Of a DNA stretch of 37,500 nt, positions 1 to 8,633 are shown piece by piece. Within the stretch, counting starts at the first letter, position 1. Each line of letters starts with the position of its first letter. The DNA comes from a virus (lineage: Duplodnaviria; Caudoviricetes). The notes beneath the pieces are model-generated. The model searched no databases, had not been told where the DNA came from, and saw only the letters and a program-made list of their open reading frames with translations. Location: positions 1 through 37,500 of the IMG/VR virus record IMGVR_UViG_3300005758_000105; one strand, 5' to 3'. A program made the translations under genes and the position numbers.

Positions 1-3000
1 AACAAAGTTTAACTGCTGACCAATTAGCGCACCAGTAATTGGAGTTTCGTTGGTATCAAAACCACTACTATAAGCACCCCAAGTACCATAACTATTATTA
101 CCATTTAGTGCACGAATATGTCCACCACCAGTACTTGCGTACCCAAAGTAGCAGTAGTAGGTAAAGCAACTTACAATTTCAGCCTTACCGCCATCCTTCA
201 TCCAGTAACCAATACCATTATCACTGATAATAGTAAAGCCGTGGAAGATCATGGTTTTTGCACCGGTTGCGTGTACAGTACCGTCCACTAGCGCACCAAT
301 TAAGCCGCTACCAATTGCGCTACACTCCAGTACATAAGGAGATTTTGTAGTAATTGGGCTTGCAGGATTCAATCTTGCTACAACACCACGAATAGTACTA
401 GTTGTAATATCGCCAGGTGTTGTACCAGGTACCCAACCAGTCATACCAACAAAGGTCATTTTATTAAGAATGCTACCATTGCTCAATAACCACATTGTTG
501 CTTGATTGTTTGGCGTTACGCCATCATCACTGTTACCGCTTGCAGGCTGTACAATTGTAGTACGCTGATTATCACCAACAATGGCAACATTAGCTGGTAC
601 AGTGATTGGTAGCTGCTCACTATAAGTACCAGTTTTTACAAAAATTGTACTGCCTGGTTCAGCTTGTTGGCAAGCATACTTAATACTTGCAAATGGTGTA
701 GCTAAATTACTGCCATTAACTGCTGTGTCCACGCCGTGTGGAGCAACATAGTAAACTTTACTAGACTCTGTAGCACCCAGCCACAGTGCTGCTGTACCTG
801 CCGAAGATATAGTAGGTGATCTACCAACCTTTGTACCGCCAGCATTTAGTGGTGCAGCATTTACCTGATTAGCTAGCAGGTCATAATAAAGAATATTATT
901 ACCCTGATTTGTACTCGGTACTGCTACAACTTCACCAGTATTATTCAACACCGAGAAGCCTACAAATTCATAGCTGTTATATGGTAGTCCGTAGTCTTTT
1001 AATTCTTTTATTTCCTGTGTAGCATACTGGAAAGCTTCGCGTATACTGTTGAATACGTAGCTGCTAGGTATTTTAATAACACGATCTGTGTTATTTGTTG
1101 CCACAAAATAAGTATTTGTAAACTTATTAGCAGGAATATTGTTTAAGTCAAATCCAGTTCCGGCGTTAACATAGTTATTATACTGTGGAACTGGTGTTAG
1201 TGTTGTTGTAGCCGCAAAGCCAGTTGCACCGCCAGTATCTGTTGCAATAATATTTGCATAGCTGTAATGCTTGCCAGGGTCAACAATGTTAACACCTAAA
1301 ATACCGCTTGGTGTAGCTTGTATAGTAAATTGGGCTCCAGTACCTGGGGTACTGCTGTTAATTGTGGCCGTTGCGTATGTGTAGTTTGTACCAGGATTAG
1401 TAATTGACACGCTGCCAATACTATTACCTTGTGCAAGTGTAAGTGCAATTGCACCGTTTTGTGCATATTGATTAGCAGTTAGCTGAACAGTTGGTGTACT
1501 TGTGTAGTTTTTACCTGGATTGGTAACTGTTACACTGCCAATTGGGTAACCACTCAGTATAGGGTTAACTGTTGCTCCAGTACCACCACCACCACTAAAT
1601 GTCATGGTTGCGTATGTGTAGCCATGTCCACCATTGGTGATTACCACATCAGTAACACCACCAGCAGTTACTTGCGCAGTTGCAGTAGCACCATGTCCGT
1701 CACCAGTAATGGTAACTGTTGGTGCACTGGTATAGCCACTACCCACATTGGTGATCTCATAGCCCTGAATAAAACTCTTTAGAGTATACGCAGTTGCTGT
1801 AGCACCAGTACCGTTACCAGTAATTGTTACGTTTGCGTAAGTATAGCCGCTACCGCCATTAGTAATGTCAATGTCAGTAACTGCTCCGGCAACTATGGTT
1901 ACTGTTGCTGTTGCACCAGTACCGTCACCAGTAATTGTTGCAGTTGCATTTGTATAGCCGCTGCCCAATGTATCCATGTGCACGTGTGCAACCGGTGTAC
2001 CTGTGTTTAGCGTAATTGCAACTGTGGCACCGGTGCCACCGCCACCCACCACTGTACCAGTTACACTAGTATAACGGCTACCTGCATTGGTAATTGCTGC
2101 GCTTGCAACGTTTTTACCTGGTGCTACTACTAGTGCTGCTGTTGCCCCAGTACCGTCACCGCTTAGGGTAATGGTAGAGTCGTTAGCATAGTTATAGCCG
2201 GCATTAGTTAGTGTAATGCTTTGTAGTGGTGCACCTGCTAGTACAGGTGTAACTACTGCTCCAGTACCATCACCCTGCACGCTTAATGTGGTAGATAAAC
2301 CGCTGTATCCGCTACCCTGGCTGGTAACTGTTACGCCACCAAGAACGCCAAGCTTATAGCTAAACTGTGCGTCGTCAAAGTCTGCAAGTTTCCAGGTAGA
2401 GCCAGTTCTTGTTAAGAACTTGTTACCGGTTTTTACTGGTGCTGTAAATGTTAAGTCAGCATCACGTAATTCACCAGTTTTTGTGTTTGTGTATGTTGCT
2501 ACGGCTGCACTGATCGGTGTTAAACCATAACCACTAATTACTTTAGCCTTTTCAGCACGCTTTAGTCTGACCAGTGTAGCACCGTCCATACTAATGCCGT
2601 GGCGCTGATCTTCAACGCTTAGCGCACGACTATTGTTGCTGCTGCCATTTACTGCAGCTACATTTGCCGTTGTGGTCAGTATAGCATCTGTGCGATTTGC
2701 TGAGCTGGTTAGTGTGCCGCCTTCAAAATAGAAGTAGTTGTATCCAGCAATGGTAGCGCTTTGTCTAGAGACTAGCGCAGTCTTTTCATAGCGTACACCA
2801 TTAATCCAGTAAACAAACTTTGTTTGTCCAGGAGCTGGGAATACTACTAAGGTTCTTGCGGCTGCGTTTGTTGAGTAGGCTGTTCCGCTGGCAAATATAC
2901 CATTTTCGCGAACAGTTACTGCACCTGTTTTGTCGATGCTATAAACGCGTGTACCGTTGTCGCTGTACTCAACAACACCGCGAGTATCTGGGTGCTCGTT

Positions 3001-5076
3001 GTCGAATCCAGTTGGATCCATTGTTGTATTAGTAACAGTAGAACCATTAATAACATCAAGCACACCGTCAACAGTTACATTGCTCTTTACAGTTGTAAGA
3101 GCACCTGTTTTACCCAGTGTTAAGTTATTAGCTGCGCCAAATGCAGTTACTGTGGTAGCATTCTCATTAGCCAGGTTTAGTGTTGCAGCACTAACTGTAA
3201 CATCGCCGCCATCAATGTTAACGTCACCGTCAACATCTAAGTTATTTTTAATGCGTGTTGTACCGGTTGCTGCACCAATATTAACACTTGTAGCTGCACC
3301 AAATGCGTTAACTGTAGTTACTGTGGTGTTAGCAAGATTAAGGTTGTTACCGCTAACAGTAACATCGCCACCATCAATATTCAAGTCACCGTCTACATCC
3401 AAGTTACCGCTGACACGAGTATTACCAAGTGTAGAAGTACCGTCTGTGTTAAGTGTAGAGCCGTTGGTAAGATTTAAGCTACCACCACTAATATTAATAG
3501 TTGCACCATTTTGTGCTGTATAGCTAGCATTTACGCCGCTTGCAACTAGTGGACCACTGATGGTTCCGCCTGCTGCTGCATTAATAAACTGGTCTACATA
3601 AGCTTTTGTAGCTGCGTGTAGTGGATCTGTTGGTGCTGCATACAGTGTAAGCATACCAAGCATAGCATCACCATCTTTAGACAGGAAGCCTTCGGCACCA
3701 GTAGCAAAACTGGCCCAATTTGCATTTGTTCCACCAGCTGGGTTACTGCCACCAATTGTATCAACTGCAGCAATAAAAGAACTAGCACCAGCCTTTACTA
3801 CATCATCTTTGTAGTATTGTGTTGTACTGTTCCAAGTACCCATCCAACGAATACCACTGTTAAATTTCTGCCACTTGTTGGCAGCTAAGTCAGTGTTAAA
3901 GTCTACGGAAGCGTGTGGTAAAATGGAAATATAAGTATTGCCGCCATAAGTTACAACTTCATCAGTTGCATACTGTGTAGCAGTTGCCCATGTACCACGT
4001 AATTTGAATCCTGCAACAACCTTGTCCCAGGTAGCTGTAGTTGTTGGGTTAACACCCTGATTGTCAGCCTTTGAGCGATATAGTGAACCGCCATAACCAA
4101 CAATCTCATTGATTTTATATTCAGTACCGCTAGACCATACGCCTTGGTATGAAAAACCGCTACTGTATACTTGCCACTTAGTAGCATCAGTAGGTAAATT
4201 ACCTGTTGTTACGCCAAGTGCAATATAAACATTGCCGCCGTAGCTAACAATATCGCCTTGGTAGTAGTTGGTAGCATTTACGTATGTACCCTTGTAGCTA
4301 TTACCAGCAGTTAACAGTTCCCAATTAGCTGCAACTGTAGGCAGTGTATTGGACTGTGTTAACTTTGAACGATAGATATTGTTACCGTACACAACAATAT
4401 CATTTACATAATATTCTGTTACAGCACTGTAGTTACCAGTAAACTTAATACCACCAACATATAGTTCCCAGTAAGTTGTATTACTAGGAGCATTGCCGGT
4501 AGTTTCTGTCTTGGCACGATAAATGTTAGCACCGTAGGCTACTAAGTCATTTGGTACATAGGCTGTAGCTTCGTTATAAACACTACGAGGGCTAACGCCC
4601 TCAACAAACCTATCCCAATATGCTGTAACTGTTGGTAAGTTATTTGTTCCGTCTTGTTTTGCAACATAGATAGATCCACCATACTTAACAACGTCATTTT
4701 TCTGATAAGACGTTGTAGGAGAGTATGTACCTTCGTACTGAATACCATCCAAGAAACGTGACCAGTATGTGGCATTAGGAGGTGTAATATTAACAGAGTC
4801 TTTTATAGCGACATACACAACGCCGCCGTGTGCAACACCGTCACCAACTTTATAGTTGCCGGTTGTGCTAAAAGTGCCCAAGAAGTTAAAACCTTCTACC
4901 ATCAGGGCCCAATAAGCCGTGTCAGTAGGTAAGATTCCTGCTGTTTTTAATGCGTATGTATATACGTATACGTTACCACCATACTTAACGATATCATTTG
5001 ATTCGTATGTAGTGCTGGAACTCCACTGACCAGCGAAGTGGAAGCGTAATTTGCCTAGATCAATTAATTGACTCAT
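1..5076 (-). CDS. Giant multi-repeat tail fibre/adhesin, >1692 aa, 3'-truncated by the window edge (9 CBM5/12-like repeats, fibre repeats, 10 GSGY-type repeats, right-handed beta-helix)
   Basis: ATG at 5076, 2 nt after the upstream stop. Manual translation runs MSQLIDLGKLRFHFAGQWSSSTTYESNDIVKYGGNVY... to ...GALIGQQLNFV at base 1 with no stop found. Absent from the ORF track because it has no stop within the window. Confidence 0.9.
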   Translation of the reverse strand, partial: MSQLIDLGKLRFHFAGQWSSSTTYESNDIVKYGGNVYVYTYALKTAGILPTDTAYWALMVEGFNFLGTFSTTGNYKVGDGVAHGGVVYVAIKDSVNITPPNATYWSRFLDGIQYEGTYSPTTSYQKNDVVKYGGSIYVAKQDGTNNLPTVTAYWDRFVEGVSPRSVYNEATAYVPNDLVAYGANIYRAKTETTGNAPSNTTYWELYVGGIKFTGNYSAVTEYYVNDIVVYGNNIYRSKLTQSNTLPTVAANWELLTAGNSYKGTYVNATNYYQGDIVSYGGNVYIALGVTTGNLPTDATKWQVYSSGFSYQGVWSSGTEYKINEIVGYGGSLYRSKADNQGVNPTTTATWDKVVAGFKLRGTWATATQYATDEVVTYGGNTYISILPHASVDFNTDLAANKWQKFNSGIRWMGTWNSTTQYYKDDVVKAGASSFIAAVDTIGGSNPAGGTNANWASFATGAEGFLSKDGDAMLGMLTLYAAPTDPLHAATKAYVDQFINAAAGGTISGPLVASGVNASYTAQNGATINISGGSLNLTNGSTLNTDGTSTLGNTRVSGNLDVDGDLNIDGGDVTVSGNNLNLANTTVTTVNAFGAATSVNIGAATGTTRIKNNLDVDGDVNIDGGDVTVSAATLNLANENATTVTAFGAANNLTLGKTGALTTVKSNVTVDGVLDVINGSTVTNTTMDPTGFDNEHPDTRGVVEYSDNGTRVYSIDKTGAVTVRENGIFASGTAYSTNAAARTLVVFPAPGQTKFVYWINGVRYEKTALVSRQSATIAGYNYFYFEGGTLTSSANRTDAILTTTANVAAVNGSSNNSRALSVEDQRHGISMDGATLVRLKRAEKAKVISGYGLTPISAAVATYTNTKTGELRDADLTFTAPVKTGNKFLTRTGSTWKLADFDDAQFSYKLGVLGGVTVTSQGSGYSGLSTTLSVQGDGTGAVVTPVLAGAPLQSITLTNAGYNYANDSTITLSGDGTGATAALVVAPGKNVASAAITNAGSRYTSVTGTVVGGGGTGATVAITLNTGTPVAHVHMDTLGSGYTNATATITGDGTGATATVTIVAGAVTDIDITNGGSGYTYANVTITGNGTGATATAYTLKSFIQGYEITNVGSGYTSAPTVTITGDGHGATATAQVTAGGVTDVVITNGGHGYTYATMTFSGGGGTGATVNPILSGYPIGSVTVTNPGKNYTSTPTVQLTANQYAQNGAIALTLAQGNSIGSVSITNPGTNYTYATATINSSTPGTGAQFTIQATPSGILGVNIVDPGKHYSYANIIATDTGGATGFAATTTLTPVPQYNNYVNAGTGFDLNNIPANKFTNTYFVATNNTDRVIKIPSSYVFNSIREAFQYATQEIKELKDYGLPYNSYEFVGFSVLNNTGEVVAVPSTNQGNNILYYDLLANQVNAAPLNAGGTKVGRSPTISSAGTAALWLGATESSKVYYVAPHGVDTAVNGSNLATPFASIKYACQQAEPGSTIFVKTGTYSEQLPITVPANVAIVGDNQRTTIVQPASGNSDDGVTPNNQATMWLLSNGSILNKMTFVGMTGWVPGTTPGDITTSTIRGVVARLNPASPITTKSPYVLECSAIGSGLIGALVDGTVHATGAKTMIFHGFTIISDNGIGYWMKDGGKAEIVSCFTYYCYFGYASTGGGHIRALNGNNSYGTWGAYSSGFDTNETPITGALIGQQLNFV
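1200..2350 (-). repeat. Ten tandem ~38-aa V-x2-(I/V)-x-ITNxGSGYT...G(D/G)GTGATA repeats
   Basis: e.g. AVTDIDITNGGSGYTYANVTITGNGTGATATA and GVTDVVITNGGHGYTYATMTFSGGGGTGATV. Boundaries approximate. Confidence 0.85.
3700..5045 (-). repeat. Nine tandem ~49-aa aromatic repeats (G-x-W/Y-x5-Y-x2-(N/G)D-x-V-x-YGG-x2-Y...P-x5-W), CBM5/12/ChtBD3-like
   Basis: e.g. IQYEGTYSPTTSYQKNDVVKYGGSIYVAKQDGTNNLPTVTAYW and NSYKGTYVNATNYYQGDIVSYGGNVYIALGVTTGNLPTDATKW. Boundaries approximate. Confidence 0.85.
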
Positions 5077-5077
5077 A

Positions 5078-5308
5078 TTATATTAGCCTCATCAATAAGT
5101 GTCCTTTATTGCCCCACTCGAACCTTACGGTATCCTTTGTCCAAAACCACTGTTTGTAGTCGTACTTGTCGATTACACCATCTTGTGGTAGTGAAACTGG
5201 GGTGTCCCCGTCTAAAATCTCTATATCTAAATTGCCAGTGTCAGGATTTAGACGAAATCCATAAAACACTTTGTCGACTAAATCTGTTCCGCTGTATAAG
5301 CCACTCAT
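5078..5308 (-). CDS. Small virion/fibre-associated protein (76 aa)
   Basis: TAATG overlap with the upstream gene, AGGAG SD; aromatic beta-rich sequence; directly precedes the giant fibre gene. Confidence 0.8.
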   Translation of the reverse strand: MSGLYSGTDLVDKVFYGFRLNPDTGNLDIEILDGDTPVSLPQDGVIDKYDYKQWFWTKDTVRFEWGNKGHLLMRLI

Positions 5309-5628
5309 TATGCTACTCCTTGCAGTATTGAAAACACTGCATCAACACTACTGTCAACCGCAGCACTTACTACTAACTTATCGCCAGCATCGAGTACTAA
5401 CTTATTGCCCTTCATCAACTCAAAAGGCTCACCAGCATCTACTCGCCTATTCTTCTGTACATAAGTATCTGTTACACCTCGTCTAAGTACTAAGGTAATT
5501 GGAACTGTTGTACTTGTAAGGTTGGTTAGATTACAACCTATAACAATAGACTTTTCGGGCGCTGTAAAACTTATAACTTCTGTGGTACCAACGGCACGTG
5601 ATATTGCATTTACAAATACTGTTGCCAT
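5308..5628 (-). CDS. Small beta-sandwich virion structural protein (106 aa)
   Basis: Operonic; GTT...IVIGCNLTN...GNKLVLDAGDKLVVS...DAVFSILQ pattern resembles small structural proteins of aquatic phages. Confidence 0.8.
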   Translation of the reverse strand: MATVFVNAISRAVGTTEVISFTAPEKSIVIGCNLTNLTSTTVPITLVLRRGVTDTYVQKNRRVDAGEPFELMKGNKLVLDAGDKLVVSAAVDSSVDAVFSILQGVA

Positions 5629-5631
5629 ATT

Positions 5632-5862
5632 TTACCCCAGTGCTATTGCCATTACAATCGCCTTTTCTGTAGCAATTGTATTGATTAGTGAATCAATACC
5701 ACCACCACCAGCTGTAATGTTATTAACGGTGCCATCATGCTTTTTATAGTATAGCGCACCGTCTTTATAGTTAATTGCTAGTTCGCCAAACTCTAAGTCT
5801 TGTGGTTGAGGGACCTTGCCAGCCACATCACTACGTTTTAATTTAAGTACTGGTTCTGCCAT
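5632..5862 (-). CDS. Short fibre adaptor with Mtd_N-like domain (76 aa)
   Basis: AGGAGG SD; LKLKRS...VP...LEFGELAINYKDGALYYK motif; C-terminal AIVMAIALG. Confidence 0.8.
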   Translation of the reverse strand: MAEPVLKLKRSDVAGKVPQPQDLEFGELAINYKDGALYYKKHDGTVNNITAGGGGIDSLINTIATEKAIVMAIALG

Positions 5863-5877
5863 AAGGCCCTCCTAATA

Positions 5878-7209
5878 TTAATAAGTGCCACAGTCTACTT
5901 GGGTTAGCTCAACACTACCATTTGTAACTGTAAATTGTGTAGCTACAAAACTAGCTAGGCCTTTAATTAGTGTGGTGGCTGTTGGAATTACTGTTTGTGT
6001 TACCGCAGTAACCAAACCCTTGCCATTAACTGTTAGGGTAGGTACTGTTATGCTATCACCAAAACTGCCAACATTGCTGTTTACAGTTGCCAGTGTAATT
6101 GCTGCGCTAACATTTGCACTACCATCAACTGCTGTTAGTGTTGCTGTTGCATCACCAGTTAAGCTTAAGTTACGGGCTGTTTGCCACTTTGTAGCAGTAT
6201 CTGCATTTCCACGCAAGTTACCAAATACTTGTGCAACTGTTAGGTCTTTGTTCATTGACCAACGATCATCACCACTGTTATAGGTAAAAGTAGCTGGCGT
6301 TGCTGGTCCCATAATTGTCAAACCACCACCATCAGCCATTGCTGCACTAGTAGCGTCCTTGGCCAGCTCAATATTCTTATCACCAATCGCAACTGTTGTA
6401 CTATTTACAGTGGTTACTGTGCCAAGTACTGTTAGGTTACCTGTGATACTAGCATTACCATCAATATTGATGTTAGCTGCTGTAATGTCATTACTGTACA
6501 GTGCACCGTTAACAGTTACGTCGTTAAATGTAACGTTGCTGGTTGGTGCAAGTGCTTGTGGTAAGTTAATTGTAATTGTGTTGTTAGTTACTGTGGTTAG
6601 TACGCCTACGCCACCAGCGACTGTTAGTGTATCTGTTAATAAACTGACTGTATCAGTACCAGTATTACCTGCTACACTTAAATTTGTTGCAACGTTTACT
6701 GTGCCAGCAGCTGTTAATCTACCTTTAGTATCCACAGTAAAAGTAGGAATTTCTGTTGCGCTGCCGTAATTGCCGGCCGTTACTCCACTGTTGGCCAAAG
6801 TTAATGCTGCGCTTACATTCTGACTACCATCTACACTGCTCAGAGTAGCTGTAGCATCGCCAGTTAACTGCAAATTTCGTGGATTGAGCCACTTTGTAGC
6901 AGTATCGGCATTGCCAATCAGAGCAGCAGTAATATTTCTGGCTGTAAAATCACCGTTACTATCACGCTTTACTAGTGTGCCGACCACATTTAAGTTTGTG
7001 GCTGCATCCACCATATCTGTGTAACGCTTACCACCAATTATAATGTGATTTACTGCATTACCAGCGGTTTCAGTACCCATACCAATGTAGAGTCTGTCAC
7101 CACCATTACTACCGTTATCCGCAAGAGCACTGTATGCTAGTTCACCTGCAGCTAATACCGCCGGATTACCGCTTAACTCACTGCGTTTAATTCTTAATAA
7201 TGAACCCAT
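5878..7209 (-). CDS. Tail fibre protein (443 aa) with Mtd_N-like N-terminus and a duplicated fibre segment
   Basis: LRIKRS...[12 protein letters not shown]; two copies of GNADTATKW..[13 protein letters not shown]..VDGSxNVSAxxTLA...PTxTVxxKGxxTA; AAAGGGGA SD. Confidence 0.85.
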   Translation of the reverse strand: MGSLLRIKRSELSGNPAVLAAGELAYSALADNGSNGGDRLYIGMGTETAGNAVNHIIIGGKRYTDMVDAATNLNVVGTLVKRDSNGDFTARNITAALIGNADTATKWLNPRNLQLTGDATATLSSVDGSQNVSAALTLANSGVTAGNYGSATEIPTFTVDTKGRLTAAGTVNVATNLSVAGNTGTDTVSLLTDTLTVAGGVGVLTTVTNNTITINLPQALAPTSNVTFNDVTVNGALYSNDITAANINIDGNASITGNLTVLGTVTTVNSTTVAIGDKNIELAKDATSAAMADGGGLTIMGPATPATFTYNSGDDRWSMNKDLTVAQVFGNLRGNADTATKWQTARNLSLTGDATATLTAVDGSANVSAAITLATVNSNVGSFGDSITVPTLTVNGKGLVTAVTQTVIPTATTLIKGLASFVATQFTVTNGSVELTQVDCGTY

Positions 7210-7221
7210 ACTGTATCCCCT

Positions 7222-7488
7222 TTAAAACTGACCTGCTTCAAGAATTTGCTTTTCTAGCAGGTTAGTTGCTGTCCATTTTTGTGTGCTGCTATTATATACT
7301 AGCACACCACCATCTTGTAGTTGTGTTAAGTCAACATCAGCACTATTAACTATGCTACTTGTAGCTGGCGGAGGCATCATGCCAGTAACTACCACGGTTG
7401 CCTTTTTATCATCAACTACAACATTTTGAATTTCTTGCCGTTGTACAACGGTACTGTTATTAGACTCTACTACAACTACGTCTGTCAT
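7222..7488 (-). CDS. Short fibre-associated protein (88 aa)
   Basis: ATGA overlap with the upstream gene; DVDLTQLQDGGVLVYNSSTQKW is a typical phage fibre repeat. Confidence 0.75.
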   Translation of the reverse strand: MTDVVVVESNNSTVVQRQEIQNVVVDDKKATVVVTGMMPPPATSSIVNSADVDLTQLQDGGVLVYNSSTQKWTATNLLEKQILEAGQF

Positions 7489-8075
7489 CTTGTAACCTCC
7501 GGCACTAGCGTTAAGTTACCAACAAGAAATGGTACTACGTTATTTCCATTGTACAGTTCTAGGCTATATACCGCAGTGGTAAAATTAAACTGACTTGTTA
7601 TATTACCTAAGATAGTAATAGTAATTGTTTTATAAGTATTGTCTAATACGATTTGTCCTGCTTGGCTAGTTGCTGAATATATAACATTAGGACTATCCAC
7701 AGTTTCACGAATCTGCATTCGGGCACTGTAGGTGCTTAAATCTACTGCATCGTTATACTCTACCACTCCACCGCTTGTATAATTGCTATACTGTAAACTA
7801 TTTACCTGATTTAGGGTAATAGTATTTTGTGTAGTTGCAGTTGCTACGTGATAGGTATCGCCAAGTGTATTAATTTCCTTCATACCGCCAGCACCTACCA
7901 CCTTAAAACGCCATAAGTTAGGCATTACATGATTCTGACTAGTAGTAATTACGCAAGGTGCTGCTTTGGAAATACTTTGTATGGGTACATAAACTTTTGT
8001 TTGTGTTTCCCACCTATAGACTTCTTGAAAAGTGCTACCTTGATATATCTTATAATTAATCTTAGCTGGTTGCAT
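7485..8075 (-). CDS. Fibre collar/adaptor, T5 p132 (LtfC)/BppU-like, with an inserted FCCH-like domain (196 aa)
   Basis: IYQGSTF...VDLSTYSARMQIR...YSLEL...GNLTLVPEVTR frame, interrupted by IQSISKAAPCVIT...H...GMKEIN...YTSGG. Confidence 0.7.
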   Translation of the reverse strand: MQPAKINYKIYQGSTFQEVYRWETQTKVYVPIQSISKAAPCVITTSQNHVMPNLWRFKVVGAGGMKEINTLGDTYHVATATTQNTITLNQVNSLQYSNYTSGGVVEYNDAVDLSTYSARMQIRETVDSPNVIYSATSQAGQIVLDNTYKTITITILGNITSQFNFTTAVYSLELYNGNNVVPFLVGNLTLVPEVTR

Positions 8076-8403
8076 TCTGAGTTACCTTTATCTTTCTAAC
8101 AGCAGCAACTTTTTTAAATGCATTTAACTCATTAGTTAGTGCTACAACTTCAGTTTGTAGCTTATCATTTTCTATACATAACTGACGAAGTTGAGCATTT
8201 AATTGAATTATTTCTTGCTGTAATTTATTTAATTCGGTGCTCAGCACAGTATTCTGGGCACTCATGCGTTCCAACTCTTGGTGCATTAACTTCATAATGC
8301 CATCGCCTGTTTCAGACAATCGCCAATCTTGTGTTAGCTTTTTAATACTAAATGCTAGTACTATTACTGCTAATGCAATCATTAAAATAGCGTCAAAGGC
8401 CAT
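8062..8403 (-). CDS. Single-TM coiled-coil protein (113 aa; alternative start 8421), possibly lysis or membrane related
   Basis: GGAGGT SD at 8414-8419 favours ATG 8403; N-terminal hydrophobic ILMIALAVIVLAFSI followed by a long heptad repeat. Confidence 0.75.
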   Translation of the reverse strand: MAFDAILMIALAVIVLAFSIKKLTQDWRLSETGDGIMKLMHQELERMSAQNTVLSTELNKLQQEIIQLNAQLRQLCIENDKLQTEVVALTNELNAFKKVAAVRKIKVTQNATS

Positions 8404-8545
8404 AATGCTATTTACCTCCATAGTTCATATTCACTTTATTAGCAGTAATACGAATACTTGTTAAAGTTATATTCGGCTTCAATATGCTTTCTGTGGCTTC
8501 CAGACTTGTTCTTAATTTTTGCTGACAGCCAGTACAATTTGATAT

Positions 8546-8574
8546 ATTATACCATAAGGGCAGAGTGTTGTCAA
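8546..8574 (-). promoter_or_regulatory. sigma70 promoter of the fibre operon
   Basis: TTGACA-17 nt-TATAAT with extended -10 TG. Confidence 0.9.
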
Positions 8575-8577
8575 TGC

Positions 8578-8617
8578 AAAAAAATACCCTGCCCACCAAA
8601 TTGGACAGGGTATTTTT
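8578..8617 (-). terminator. Intrinsic terminator ending the tail-tip operon
   Basis: AAAAATACCCTG...CAGGGTATTTTTTT just after the stop at 8634. Confidence 0.85.
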
Positions 8618-8633
8618 AGACCACAAGGTTATA

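Noticed and set aside
3594-4775. Short minus-strand ORFs 3594-3788, 3951-4187 and 4542-4775
   Set aside because: Out-of-frame fragments inside the giant adhesin gene
1200-5045. CRISPR-like or invertible repeat arrays
   Set aside because: Periodicity is at the amino-acid level with degenerate DNA; no identical direct repeats with spacers and no recombinase
5632-7209. Diversity-generating retroelement suggested by Mtd_N-like domains
   Set aside because: No reverse transcriptase and no near-identical template/variable repeat pair differing at adenines seen in this window; the duplications are diverged protein-level repeats
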